A DNA stretch of 64,000 nt. It comes from Stegostoma tigrinum. Taxonomy: Eukaryota. The number at the start of each line of letters is the position of its first letter. Position 1 is the first letter of the stretch. Below are positions 24,725 to 37,095 of this stretch, in pieces. Location: NCBI RefSeq assembly GCF_030684315.1, contig NC_081362.1:54463744-54527743 (forward strand). Direction: 5' to 3'. The position numbers and the translations under genes were made by a program. The notes below the pieces were generated by a model, which searched no databases, had not been told where the DNA came from, and was given only the letters and a program-made list of their open reading frames with translations.

Positions 24725-26345
24725 CCCAATCCAGTAGTGTTAGAAAAACTAATGGACCTAAAGGTCGATAGATCTCCTGACCATAATGGCTTGCATTCTA
24801 GGATCCTAAAAGAGGTAGCTACAGAGATCGTGGATGTGTTGGTTGAAATTTTCCAGAATTTGTTAGATTCTGCTCAAGGCCAGGAGCCGGTGAATTCTTC
24901 TTTGGGTTTGTGACCCATGATCAGTGGGGTTCCACCGGAATCCGTGCTGGATCTGCATCTGTTTACAATATATATTAATGACTCGGATGAAATAAGTAAA
25001 TGTACGATAGCCAAATTTGCAGACATCACAAAAGTAGGTGGAAAGTCAGGTTGTGGGAGGGATAAAAAGTTTAGGGATTTATTGATAACTTAGGTGGGCA
25101 AAAAGTTGGTAAATGGAGAATAATGTGGGAAAATGTGAACTTGTTTGTTTTCAAAGGAGAACAAAAGAACAGAATGCTATTTAAATGGAGAAAAACTGCA
25201 GAAAGCAGCAACACAAATGGAACTTGTGGGTGTTTATGTATAAAACACAAGCTACCTCACAGGTACAACAAGATAATCGAGTAGGTTAATGGAATGTTGG
25301 CCCTTATCTTACAGTGCCTGTACAAGGTGAGACTACATCTGGAGTACTGTGAGCAGTTTCAGTCCATTTATTATAGCAAAGATATCATTCACTGGTGGCA
25401 GTTCAGAGAATTTCACTGGGGTGATCTCTGGTATGGAAGGATTGTCTTATGTGCAAAGGCTGAGCAGGTTGGGTCTGTATTCAATGGAGTTTACAAAGAT
25501 GAGAAGTGATTTCATAAAAGCAAAGGATCCTTAAAGGGCTTAACAGGATAAATGCTGAGAGGATGTTTCCCTCATGGGTGAGTCTAGCATTAGAGGTCAT
25601 AGTCTCAGAATAAAGGACTGTCAATTTAAGACTGAAATGAAGAGGAATTTCTTCTGTCCATGGGTTGAGTGTCTTGGGAATTTTTTTGCCACAGAGCTGT
25701 GGGGAGTTGACTGCTTGTGTATTTACAGTCAAGATAGATTCTTGATCAGTAGGGGAATCCAAAGTTATGAGGAACTGGCAGGAAATCATGTGTGAGGAAT
25801 GTCAGATCGGCCATGATCCTGTTGAATGGCAGTGCAGGCTCAATGGGCCAAATGGCCTACTCATGTTCGTATTTCTTACGGTCTTATGGACTTGTTCCCG
25901 GGATGGTGGGATTATCCTAAGAAGTGAAATTCAAGAACCTGGGCCTAATTTCTCTGGAGTTTCAAAGAATAAGTGATCTCATTGAAATCTATAAAATCTT
26001 TAAAGGAACAGATTGTATATGTATTGGTATGATGTTTCTCCGGCTGGGAATCTAGAACCAAGGAATGCCATTTCAAAATAAGGGGGAAATTGCCTTGGAA
26101 GGGAATGAGGATTTTGTTTCACTCGAAGTACTGAGATTCTTTTGGAATTCACTACACCAGAAGGCTGAGGAACCTTGGTCAATGAGAACGTGTAAAGTAG
26201 AGCTTAATAGATTTTTAAATACTACTGATATAAAGGGACATGGATGTAATGATGGAAAAGGGCACTGAAGTGGATTATCAACCAGGATTGTATTGAATGG
26301 TAGAGCAGGTTCAACAGGCTGAATGACCTACATCTGTTCCAATGT
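24725..26345 (+). mobile_element. Two tandem CR1 3' fragments
   Basis: VLEKLMDLKVDRSPDHNGLHSRILKEVATEIVD; aaatttgcagacatcac (FAD); GHSLRIKDCQFKTEMKRNFF; a second 3' end at 25890-26345. Confidence 0.85.
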
Positions 26346-28379
26346 TCAGTATCAAGCTCATTACAAAGATTGCTTGTCACTAGGTCGTCTTCTGCATTTC
26401 ATATTGGCTTTGCGTTCATCTCTCTATAATCCATTCTAGATTACACATGACTCAGACTTTTAGAGTTTATAGATGCTTTTGACTCCAAACCTTTGATTCT
26501 CAGATAATGAAGCAGTCTGTTCCTCCTGCAGCAAGATCCGGATAACTCTCGGCTAGATAATTATGTGGTAGGTAACATGTACACCACAAAGGAGAGCTGT
26601 GTTCATCTTGAGCAATAGCAAGTCTAACCATCTTCCTTCTTGTTATTCAATGACTTGACCATCAGAGGTAACTCTTAAGTAGAAAACATAACAGGACAAG
26701 CGACAAATCCAATGGTTAGGAGCAAGTCAGAACTGGTTATTCAAAAGCAAGTAACTCCTCTCTTCTCAAATTCTTTCCATCATCTGTATGACGTAGTTCA
26801 CTTGCCTAGTATACCTGCCTCCACAGTCTGCAGTGATTGACAGCTTGTCTTAACTTAGATTGCAGTTAGGATTTGGCAATAACTGTTGGTTTTGTCTCAG
26901 TCACCCACATACCACGAACAAATTAAAGAAAAAGAATGTTTCATGTTTGCTTTTATCTTTTTAAGATGTAAAATGATACCATACAGTTGTTATCAATTGA
27001 TATTATTTCTTCTCTAGGTAACTTAAATCTACAATTATATTAGGTTGATATACTCTGAAGAGATTTTCTAGAACTTTTAAGCTTTACAATTTAACAATCT
27101 GCTTTATCAGTAAAGAAATTGTTTCAGTAACAACTGCATTAATTACTTGACAGTATTGTTCCTGTACTGAATTAACATATGGAACTTAAACATTGATTTT
27201 GCATCCAAGTTACACAATGCATAATTTCGTATGTTTTCTTTTTCTTTGAGTGAGTATAAATTGATAGAGCAGATTGTGATTGAAATTGTGGGAGTGACAA
27301 AGTTAGTGCAGTAGGTAATTTCAGATATCAGGGTTGCTAAAACTTTCCTGACAACATTTTTAAGTCTAAGTACACGTCCTTTCATAATTGATCAGTGTAT
27401 AATATTGGTTGGCCTCAATTACTTGTGTTTGGTTTGATATTTGGAATTTTTCTTGGGGTTTTGCCGGAAAGTGTGACCAAAACATAGGCCTGTATGTTCA
27501 GAATGAGCAACCATTTTCAGTTACGTTGAAATAATTCTGCACACCGGGATTCTGTCTGATTTCTTCGTAGTAAGGAGGAAAAGGACACAGTGGGCATCAG
27601 AAAAATTGATGGATCAGGGTAGGGAGCCTGATGCACATCTGGAAAGATGGACCTTGAGTTATTTAAGAGTGGTGAAGTAAGCAAGGAAGAAATGGAGTGG
27701 ACAAATTCAGAGGCCAGGCATATAGTGGTGAGCAAACAGCCAACGACAGTGGAGTGGTGAGAGGAAAATGTAGAACCAACATTGGAGGAGCAGTGGATAT
27801 TTACAGTAATGTGTGTTGATGCTTGTGTTAAGGCATTGTTCAACATATATAAACTGTATTGGAGGTCTCACCTCCTCCTAACTGCATCTTGGTATCTGTC
27901 CCATTTGGCCCATGTAGGAGTATGTGGCTGAGAAGGTAGATGCTGAGAATTTTGCTGTTGCATTAGTTGGACTGTATTTGGTATGTGACTTAAGTAGAGA
28001 TAAATAGGAGGTAGAGCTACATTAGTTGTTCCCAATCCATTGTGAAAGGTGGAAGCGGAGAAGGACAAATCAGATGAATGTAATGTTTTCTAAGAAGTTG
28101 GCAACTGCTTCTCAAACAGTGAAAGCAATGTCTGACTGACAAAGAGTGCTTTGTCTGGCAGTCTCTTAACTTTTCACAGAAAAGCTCAGGCTAAGGTAGT
28201 TAAGTGCCATATGTGGTGAAAGCGACTGACCAGTACTTGAGAGAAGGAGAAAATCAGATTGTATTTTGATACAATGTCAGAAGTTTGATCAAATGTGACA
28301 TCAAGGAGCTTTATTAAAACTCATGCCACTGGGAATCAGGATAGAAGATTTGAGCCAAAGTCATACCTGGCCACAAAGG

Positions 28380-30420
28380 AATTTGTTCATGTTAGAGGTC
28401 AATCCTCTGAATGCCAAGGTATTGCTGCAGGAGTTCAAGGGCCAAGCAGCTGTTCCATCAATGACCTGCCTTCCAGCATAGGGTTAGATGTGAGAATGTT
28501 GATGATTGCACACTGTTCAGTTCCATTTGCAACTCCACAGATAACGAATTAGCCCTTGTCCAGATGTAGCAAGACCTGGACAAGACATAGCTTTGTTATA
28601 ATAACATTGCTGCCTTCTGTCGTATCTGCTTCTTATCTTGCATAGACCCCTATAAACATAGCTTCATAGGTTCCCACATTCAAAGGTGTCCTGGAGGCAG
28701 TATCTGACATATACAACAGTGATTTTGCTGAACATTTTAAAAAAGTATCATTTGCAAATGTAAATGAGGGTAGAGTGATGGTGACAAACCTAGCTGTTAG
28801 TCAGGAATCCCTGAACTCCAGAACCACGTTTACCCAAAGTGAAATTGTTTCTCTACAGCTACAACAAGCATCTATTCAGAAATATGAAAGATTGGTCAGG
28901 TATATCTTGGCCATACAAAGCAGGACAAGTCCAACTGGTAGATAAAGTTGTAACAGTCTGTTTTCAATACCAGTAACCTGATGGTCGGGGTTGACAGTGC
29001 TGTCAAGCAAAACTTGCTCAAAAATAGTCAGCTCACTGATATTCACTTTGAGTTCTGCCAAAGCCACTCAACCTCTGACCTGAGCCTTGACTAAGCATTT
29101 ACAAAAGAGCTGAACTCCAGAGGCGAGGTGGCATCAAGGCAGCATTTGGCCAACTATGGCATCAAGGAGTCCCAGCAAAACTGCAATCAGCAGAAATTGG
29201 GGGGGAAAAGAAACTCTGCTGGTTTGAAATATCTTAAGGATAAAGGAAGATGCTGGTCCACCACCTAATCAGCAAGGTTAATGGAAACTAACCTTTATTA
29301 CAAGTGGAATTGAACTTAACAATGTGTTATTCATCAATTATACAGGGCATTGGTGAGACCAATTAGGGATCACGCTTTTAGGGTAGAGAAGGGAATTTTT
29401 TGTGGCTGAGAGCCTATGAAACACTCTGTGTCAGACGTTGGGTGGAACAGAGGTCACTGAATATTTTGAAGGCAAAGAGTTTTCTTGTTTAGCAAGAAAA
29501 TCAAAAGTTATGTGAGGGTGTTTGCTATGAGTGCAGAGTGTTGCATTGAGATGACTCAGATAGTGAAGTAGTCCACATCCAAATACAGCATAATCTGCAG
29601 AACATCCATGTTTGGGTTGACAAGTGGCAAGTAACATTCAAGCCACTCAAGTGGTAGGCAACTACCATCTCAAAGAGAATCAGAACAACCTCCACTTGAC
29701 ATTCAATGGGATCATCATCGTCGCTGAATTCCCCCCCCACGACTATCACCATCCTAGGAGTTACCATTGACCAGAAACTGAACTGCAGTAGCCACATAAA
29801 TACTGTGGCTACAAGCACAGTTCAGAGGCTAGGAATTCTGTAGTGAGCAATTCTCCTCCTGTCTTCCCAATCACTGTGCATAATCTACAAGATGCACATC
29901 CAAGATCTGATGGAATAGCTTCCACTTGTCTGAACAAGTATGACTCCAACAGCACTCAGTGTTTGATACTGCCTAGGACAAAGCAGTCCATTTGATTGGC
30001 ATCCCACCCACTGCTTTCAACATTCTTTCCCTTCACCACTGATACACAGTGGCACAAGTATGAGCCATCTGCAAGATGCACTGCAAACATTTGGCCAGGC
30101 ACCTTCAATAACACTTTCCAAATGTGCAAACTCCCCTTTCTGGAAGGACAAGGGCAGCGGATGCAGAGGAATGGGACCACTTGCTAGTTCCCCTCCAAGC
30201 TATAATGCTGACTTGAAATTATCAACGTACCTTCACTGTACCTGGGTCACCGTCCTAGAACTCCTTTCCTAACAGCACTGTGGTTATACCCACACCCTAA
30301 GGATTGCAGTGGTTCAAGAATGCAGCTCGCCACCACTTTGCTGAAAGCAGTCAGAAATGGACAAAAAAAATTACTGTTTCTGGCAATAACCACCAAATCC
30401 CTTGAACTTTTTTAAAACAA
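28380..30420 (+). mobile_element. Fragments of a second CR1-group LINE family
   Basis: agctgttccatcaatgacctgccttcc; gacaagtggcaagtaacattc..accattgaccagaaactgaactg..atctgcaagatgcactgc..cagtggttcaagaatgcagctcgccaccac. Homologous to 41170-42195. Confidence 0.75.
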
Positions 30421-31022
30421 AATGTGCTAACTTCTGTTTTGCAAAAACTAAGATGAAATTGAGCCTCTAACTGGAATTGCTATCAATGGACCACAGGCAA
30501 CAGTGCTTAGACAAGCTTTAAAAAGCTGATAGCTACTTTACAGAATTTTGAATATGTAAGTATAACATTTCATCAGGAGTATTTTGTGTCTGAGAAAATG
30601 CATTTGTTTTAAAGCATTTCATAACAGCTGTTTAGGAAATTGTCATGAAATTGAAACCACTGCACTTGATTACAAATAATTTTCCCTGTAAATCTGACTG
30701 CAGACCATATTCACCCATAGGCTGGCTGTGTTTTTTTTAAACTGCTGATTGTTTCACCATCTGTTCACTTCATTGATTCTGGATTTAATGCATCACAGAA
30801 GCTTCAGACATTTGCAGCAGATTAATTTGGATGTATGATGTTTAATAAAGGCACCATTTCTCATCTTTATTAACTACAAGATAGTGAATTCCCTCAGAAC
30901 ACAATCCCAGAATTTATGCCAGAGTCATACTTTCAATAGTCTCCGGCGTTGACCTTGCTAGTTTCAAGTTCAGTAAGAGGGGAAACGATAATGTAGAGCA
31001 GGCAGGTACAACACTATTGGAA

Positions 31023-31255
31023 ATAATGGGAACTGCAGATGCTGGAGAATCCGAGATAACAAGGTGTGGAGCCGGATGAACACAACAGGCCAAGCAACAT
31101 CTTAGGAGCACAAAAGCTGATCTTTCGGGCCTAGACCCTTCATCAGAAAAAGGGTCTTTTTCGGATGAAAGGTCTAGGCCTGAAACATCAGCTTTTGTGC
31201 TCCTAAGATGCTGCTTGGCCTGCTGTGTTCATCCAGCTCCACACTTTGTTATCTC
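31023..31255 (-). mobile_element. Penelope-derived hairpin element
   Basis: Arms meet at catcagaaaaag-ggt-ctttttcggatg. Perfect 15-bp TSD acaacactattggaa at 31008-31022 and 31256-31270. Confidence 0.9.
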
Positions 31256-31754
31256 ACAACACTATTGGAAGTCTGCTTTTGAGATGGGTTTTTATTTCAA
31301 AAATCTTATCTAATTCAAACGTTAACAGTGTCTTTATTACCCTCCTGTGTTAAGGGGGCTGAACTGTTTCAATTTTTTCTTTAAAATGCCATATCTTTCA
31401 TGGTCCTGTGATGAGATCCACTTTTTGCTCACCAAATGTTCAACTCACTAGGTATAGCTGCATCCAGAGATATGCCAGAATCTCATTGAGCTAGAAGAAG
31501 AGGTCATCCTGGGTCTGCACCGTTTGTCTCTCCTCCTCATGATTAGGTAGGCCAATCACCCGAGACAAGATCTAAGCTCTTTATGGGAGATTCCTGCTTA
31601 GGAAGCAGGAAACGATGGAACCCATTAGACATCTGGCATCCTCAACATTTGCTATAATGATTGTATACGGAAAATGGCAGCTGTTAATTACATTGTTAAT
31701 TTCAAGAACGCGCTAAAACTAATTTTGAAGTGACTATTTTTCACAAATCTCATG

Positions 31755-33392
31755 GCCATGTACCTGATTTCAGAGAGACCATCATTATCACGAGGGAAGA
31801 AGTACTGAGCCATCTATTAGGATTGAAAGCAGACAAATTTCCAGGGCTTGGTGGCCTATGTCCTAGAATCTTTAAAGGAAGTGGCAGCAATGATAGTGGA
31901 TCCATTGGTTATACTGTTCCAAAATTCCCTGGATGTGGGAAATGTGCCAGTGGATTAGAAAAATACTTAGCTAATACCCTTATTCAAAATGTGAGGGAGG
32001 CAGAAAATAGGAATCTACAGAAGTTTGTTCAACATGTGTCTTTAGAAGTTGTCAGATCCATTATTAAGGAAATAATAACAGGACATTTGGAAAGTCAAAG
32101 CATAATCCATTGGAGTTAGCATGGTTTTATGAAGCATTAGTCACGTTTGACTAAATTACTAGAGTTTTTTTTATTGGAGATGTAACAAGCAATATGAATA
32201 ATGGGGATCATGTAATATATCTGGACGTCCAGAAGGCATTTGGTATATTGCTGCACAAAAGATTATTATGCAAGATAAGATCACATGGGGTTAGGGGTAA
32301 TTTAGTAGCTGAGTTGGATGATTGGCTGATCAAAAGAGAGAGTTTGAATAAATGGGTCTCTTTCTAGTTGGCAAGATGTAACCAGTAGGGTACCACAGAG
32401 TTTGGTTCTCAGGCCCCCAAATAGTTATTATCTCTATTAATGACTTGGATGCAGGGATAGAAAGTAATATAGCCCAAACAGCAGATGAAACTAAACTAGG
32501 TGGGAAAATAAGTTGCAATGAAGAGATAAGCTTACAAATGGAAATGGGTAGATTAAGTGAATGGGCTGAAATTTAGAAGATCAAGTTTAACATGCATATG
32601 TGTGAGGTTATCCTTTTTGGTCAGGGCAATACAAAGACAACTTATTATCTAAGTAGAAAGAAACTTCAGAGTGCTTCAGTGTAGAGGGATCTGGTGACTT
32701 GTGCATGAATCACAGAAAACTAGTATGCAGGTATGGCAGGTAATAAGGAAGGCAAATGGAATTTTGGCATTTATTACAAAAGAATAGAGTATAAAATGTA
32801 GAGAAGTGTCACTGTGATTGTACTTTGTATTAGTGACTGTGCGCCTGGAGTTTTGCACACAATTTTGGGCTTCTTAGTTGTGGAGGAATTTAGTTGAATT
32901 GGAGGCAGTTTTAAGAAAGTTCTCTAAAATAATTCCAGAGATGAAGGATTTGTCTTATGAAGAGAAATTGAGACTTGTTTAGACTTGTACTGTCTGGAAT
33001 CTAGAAGAATGAAAAGAGATCTAATTGAGGTACATAAGATACCACGTGGGAATGACAAAGGATATTTCCTCACGTGGGGCAATCTAGAACGTGAGGTCAT
33101 AATATTATGTTAAGATGTAGCAGATTTAAAACCGATGAGGAGAAATTGCTTCTCTCAAAGGGTCATGAATCTGTGGAATTCAGTTTCCCATTGTATGGTG
33201 GATACCAGGATATTGAGTAAGTTTAAGGAGGAGATGGTCAGATTTTTAATTCGTAATGGGATGACTGGTGAAGGAGTTTGGGCAGGAAACTGGAGTTGAG
33301 ACTGAGATGAGATCAGCCATGATTGTATCAAATGGAGGAGCAGGCTTGAGGGGCTGAAATTGCCAACTCCTGCTCCTAATTCTTCTATCCTT
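31755..33392 (+). mobile_element. CR1 LINE, 5'-truncated, decayed
   Basis: IIITREEVLSHLLGLKADKFPGLGGLCPRI; gcagatgaaactaaactaggtgg; CR1 3' UTR. Confidence 0.88.
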
Positions 33393-34089
33393 ATTTATAG
33401 TGTTTTGTTAGCTTAAGTTTACAGGAAACTACATACTTGCTTTCTTTCGTCCACATTTCCTAATTTTAAAGGGAACCATTCAACAACTTTTACTTTGTTA
33501 TGTACAAACCTGAAAAGAAAAACATACTTAATAGCAATATAGTTTTTTTAGCTGTCATCATTTTCTCTCCTCCTTAGCACACGTAACAGTATTTAGTAGA
33601 GATATTGCACTTGCAATCTCTCCTGCAGTGTTAATGACTGGTAGCTGTGTATGTGGAGGAAAATCCAATAGAAAGTCTGTGATGGATACCTAAAATTGCA
33701 AACTTATTTTAGGAATGGCTGCTTAGAGGAAAGTGTTCTAATTAACTCCTCCTTTGATCTAATGTGTATTCCTGCTTGTGTAGCTGGAGTTTTGCTTTTT
33801 TGAACACAGTTAGAACTTGCGTGTGTATTTCTGCTGATCAGATTTAGTTTTGTGCAGGAAAAAGGATTGAGTTTTCAATTCTTCTGGCCCTTCACAGGTA
33901 CTGTATTTGAATCTATTTAGCAGAACCACCTGTGGCCCAAAGGCAACACTCATCACAGAATGATTGAGTTCAAATCTATTTGCAAGACTTGTATTGAAAT
34001 TGGTTGAGGGAAAGATGGAAAAGCACTTAAATACAGTTTTTCCATAGTGCTTGGTAGTATATAGAAACATACCTGGTTGTTCAGTTGTG

Positions 34090-34892
34090 GGACCATTTCT
34101 GATTGTTTTGTTCAATGATGGAGTAAAGGGAGCAGTGCATAAACTTGTAAACTATGCTACAGTAAGAGGCATGATGAATAATTCTGACATTGATTAGGTG
34201 GTGGGATGGGCAAAAAAAAATTGTTGAGATTCAGTGTCTAAATATGAGGTATTCACTTTGATTCAATTAGAAGTAGAAGTTTGGATGATAGACAGATGAA
34301 GGATTTTGTGGTTCCCTCTCTCAAAACATGGCATATCAAGTGGATTAAGTTAATCAGAAAAACTAACAAATATTTAGTTATTTAGCAAGAGGTATTGCCA
34401 GGAGATAGTGATGTAATGTTAACAAAACCTTAGTAAATCCACATTTGGAGTGCTATCTGCTCTTTTGGGCTCCAGACTATTGGAAGAATGTTGAGGCAAT
34501 TTTTTTTGTTTTAAAAAGCACAAAGTCACGAATATTCTTTTGAGAAAAGGCAACACAAGTTTCAATTCAAATTGCTTTTGTTAGAACAAAGGAGCTGTTG
34601 AAAGGTGTCTACAATTATAAAAGTATAAAGCACCAACATAGACTAACATATGGGGCAACATTTTCACACACAGACTGGTACATGTATGGAATGAGTTGCC
34701 AGTGGAAGTGGTGGAGGCTGGTACAATTACAACACTTAAAAGGCAACGGAATGGGTATATGAGTAGGAAGGGTTTAGAGGGAATTGGGCCAAATGCTGGC
34801 AAATAGGACTAGATTAATTTAGGATATCTGGTTGGCATGGACAAGTTGGACTGAAGGGTCTGTTTCCATGCTTTATAACTATGTCTATGACT
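34090..34892 (+). mobile_element. CR1 fragments
   Basis: Old RT remnant plus a 3' end (tggaatgagttgccagtggaagtggtggaggctgg..gggtctgtttccatgc). Confidence 0.75.
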
Positions 34893-36982
34893 GATTGGGC
34901 TGAAAAGTGTTCCTGTGTGGTAATTATTTCCGGATGTGATCACTTATCGTCAATCTACAATGAAATAGTAAATGGACTTAGTCGTTTGCCATCCCAGAAA
35001 ACTTTGTGTTACAAGACAACGAGTCAAAAGAAAAAGCAAGCCAGTCATGCAAGTTCCTTTTATGCTGGGAATACACAGGCAATAAGTCAGCATTTTCTGA
35101 AAATCATGCAGACCCACTATTGAATTGTTTCCTTGACTTTGCCAAGGACTTGTAATCACTTCTGGCATGTAGCATTTTGTAAGATTGTGCTTCTTTTCTT
35201 CCCTTATTTATGGAGTTCATCCTTTGCTCAGGTTTCATCTGAACAAAACAATTATTCATTAAATATGAAGTCAGGAAGAAGTACCATTTGCTATAACCTT
35301 GTGGTGCACATCTCATGTCACAGTAATGTGATTTCTAAAGTGCTTTAGTATGTTTAATGATATGGTTTAAGTTTATGTATTAAGGTTCATATTATGGCAG
35401 AATCTAGTATACTGTAATATATATCTTCATTTGATGCGCTGTTTGCTGAATATTTCTATTCAAATTGACTTTGATAAGCTAATCATGAGAACTGATGGAA
35501 CTAGCTATTTATTTAATTGTATGACCAAAAAGGTTAGCACCTTTTTCTAGGCTACTGTACTTTAGGAAAATGTAGTACAGGATATATTGTATATACTTTA
35601 TATGTTAAGTAGGCAGATAAAGCTTCAAGTAACACTTGCCTGTTGTATGACTAGTTCTCTATGTATTAGGGACCCCATTTCCGATTTCATTAGTTGCTTT
35701 CTTCTTGTCCTGTTTAATACAGTCTAATAGAACCTCTGGCTTCTTAACCCCAAGCACTCCACCTCCACATTACAGACTGGAAAAGAAATTAGTACTCTTA
35801 AGTGCAATGCACTGTAGAAGGTAGTAAGACCAGTCAAAATCTTGGGTGCCTTCCTTTCAGGATTAAGTATTCTGCATTGTATGATTAGAATATGGGTTCC
35901 CTGATTGCGGCAGTTAATCTGGCCCAATAAGGAGCCCTGGATGACAGATAAAAACAGGATTTTATGACATCCTGATACTCTGAGGGAGCTGGATCAGTGT
36001 CAAGTACTTTCCACGTGTAAGTAAATGGTGAATTGGTGACAGGTTATCAGGCTCTGTGGAGTTATTCCACATGCATAGAATGTTGCATACAATGCTGGTG
36101 CCTATCCTTAAGTAATATACTTGCATTGGAGACAATTCAGTAAAAGCTGACTAGGTTCATGGGTTGACACTTGCTGTGAAATGAATTCAAGACAGTTATC
36201 GTATTTGATATTAAACTAGTCAATTTTGTTGTACATAGCACTTTGGTTGAGTATTTTTACATAGCTTCTCTGTCCATATTGTAATCAGTATAAAAGTTGG
36301 CTGAGTGGCTTTGTTGTTCTTTAATGCAAGATTAAAGGTGAAGGACATTATAGGAACCATTAATACTAAGGGACTTTGTGTAACTTCAGCCAAGGGGAAC
36401 AAGTAGGTCACTGGAGGTATATTATTAACTGATCCCTTGCATCTCATTCATAATATTATGCTTACCTTCCTTCTGTTCCCTGGCCTTCACACAGACTTGT
36501 GTAATGAATGGTGACTGTAATGGCTTTTCTGCCTCCTAAATGCAGACTCCTCTGAAATGCAATGTTGTGCAACAGGCTGGTCAATGTATGACAAGATATT
36601 TTGTGGGGCATGTGGTCAAGTTATCACCATGTGACCTCCATTTTAATCTTTAAACCACCACTGAATTATTGTGGATTCAGAGATAACGGATGTCAGTTTG
36701 ACCCTTCCAAGGTCCAAATTGACTGGGGGAGGTTTTCTGTTACTGGGAAACTGACACAGAGCTTCTCCCACAATTAAGTAGGCCTGCTACCATGGCTCCC
36801 ATTGCAACAAAATGCATCAAATCCAGCCCATAATCTCAGATTTTCTGTCTAAGAACAATGATTTATATAAAATACACTGTTCAGCAATTTAACTCCAGAT
36901 TTTAGCATTGCACAAAATAATTATTAATTCTCATTTGTGCAATAAGCCTGTTCAATCCAGATTGCATATCAATCAAAAATCA

Positions 36983-37095
36983 AAGCCAGAAGAACTGTAG
37001 ATGCTGTAAATCAGAAACAAAAACAGAAGTTGCTGGAAAAGCTCAGCAGGTCTGGCAGCATCTGTGGAGAAAAAGTCAGAGTTAATGTTTTGAGC
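36983..37095 (-). mobile_element. Single arm of the third Penelope-derived family
   Basis: agaactgtagatgctgtaaatcagaaacaaaaacagaagttgctggaaaagctcagcaggtctggcagcatctgtggag..gttaatgtttt; same architecture as 18465-18662. Confidence 0.65.

Noticed and set aside
30620-30900. Possible conserved non-coding element
   Set aside because: Repeat-free and motif-rich in appearance only; conservation cannot be judged without alignments.
2777-31255. CRISPR array or classical MITE interpretation of the palindromic repeats
   Set aside because: Dispersed eukaryotic repeats with no spacers. Asymmetric ends and 12-15 bp variable TSDs do not fit cut-and-paste transposons.
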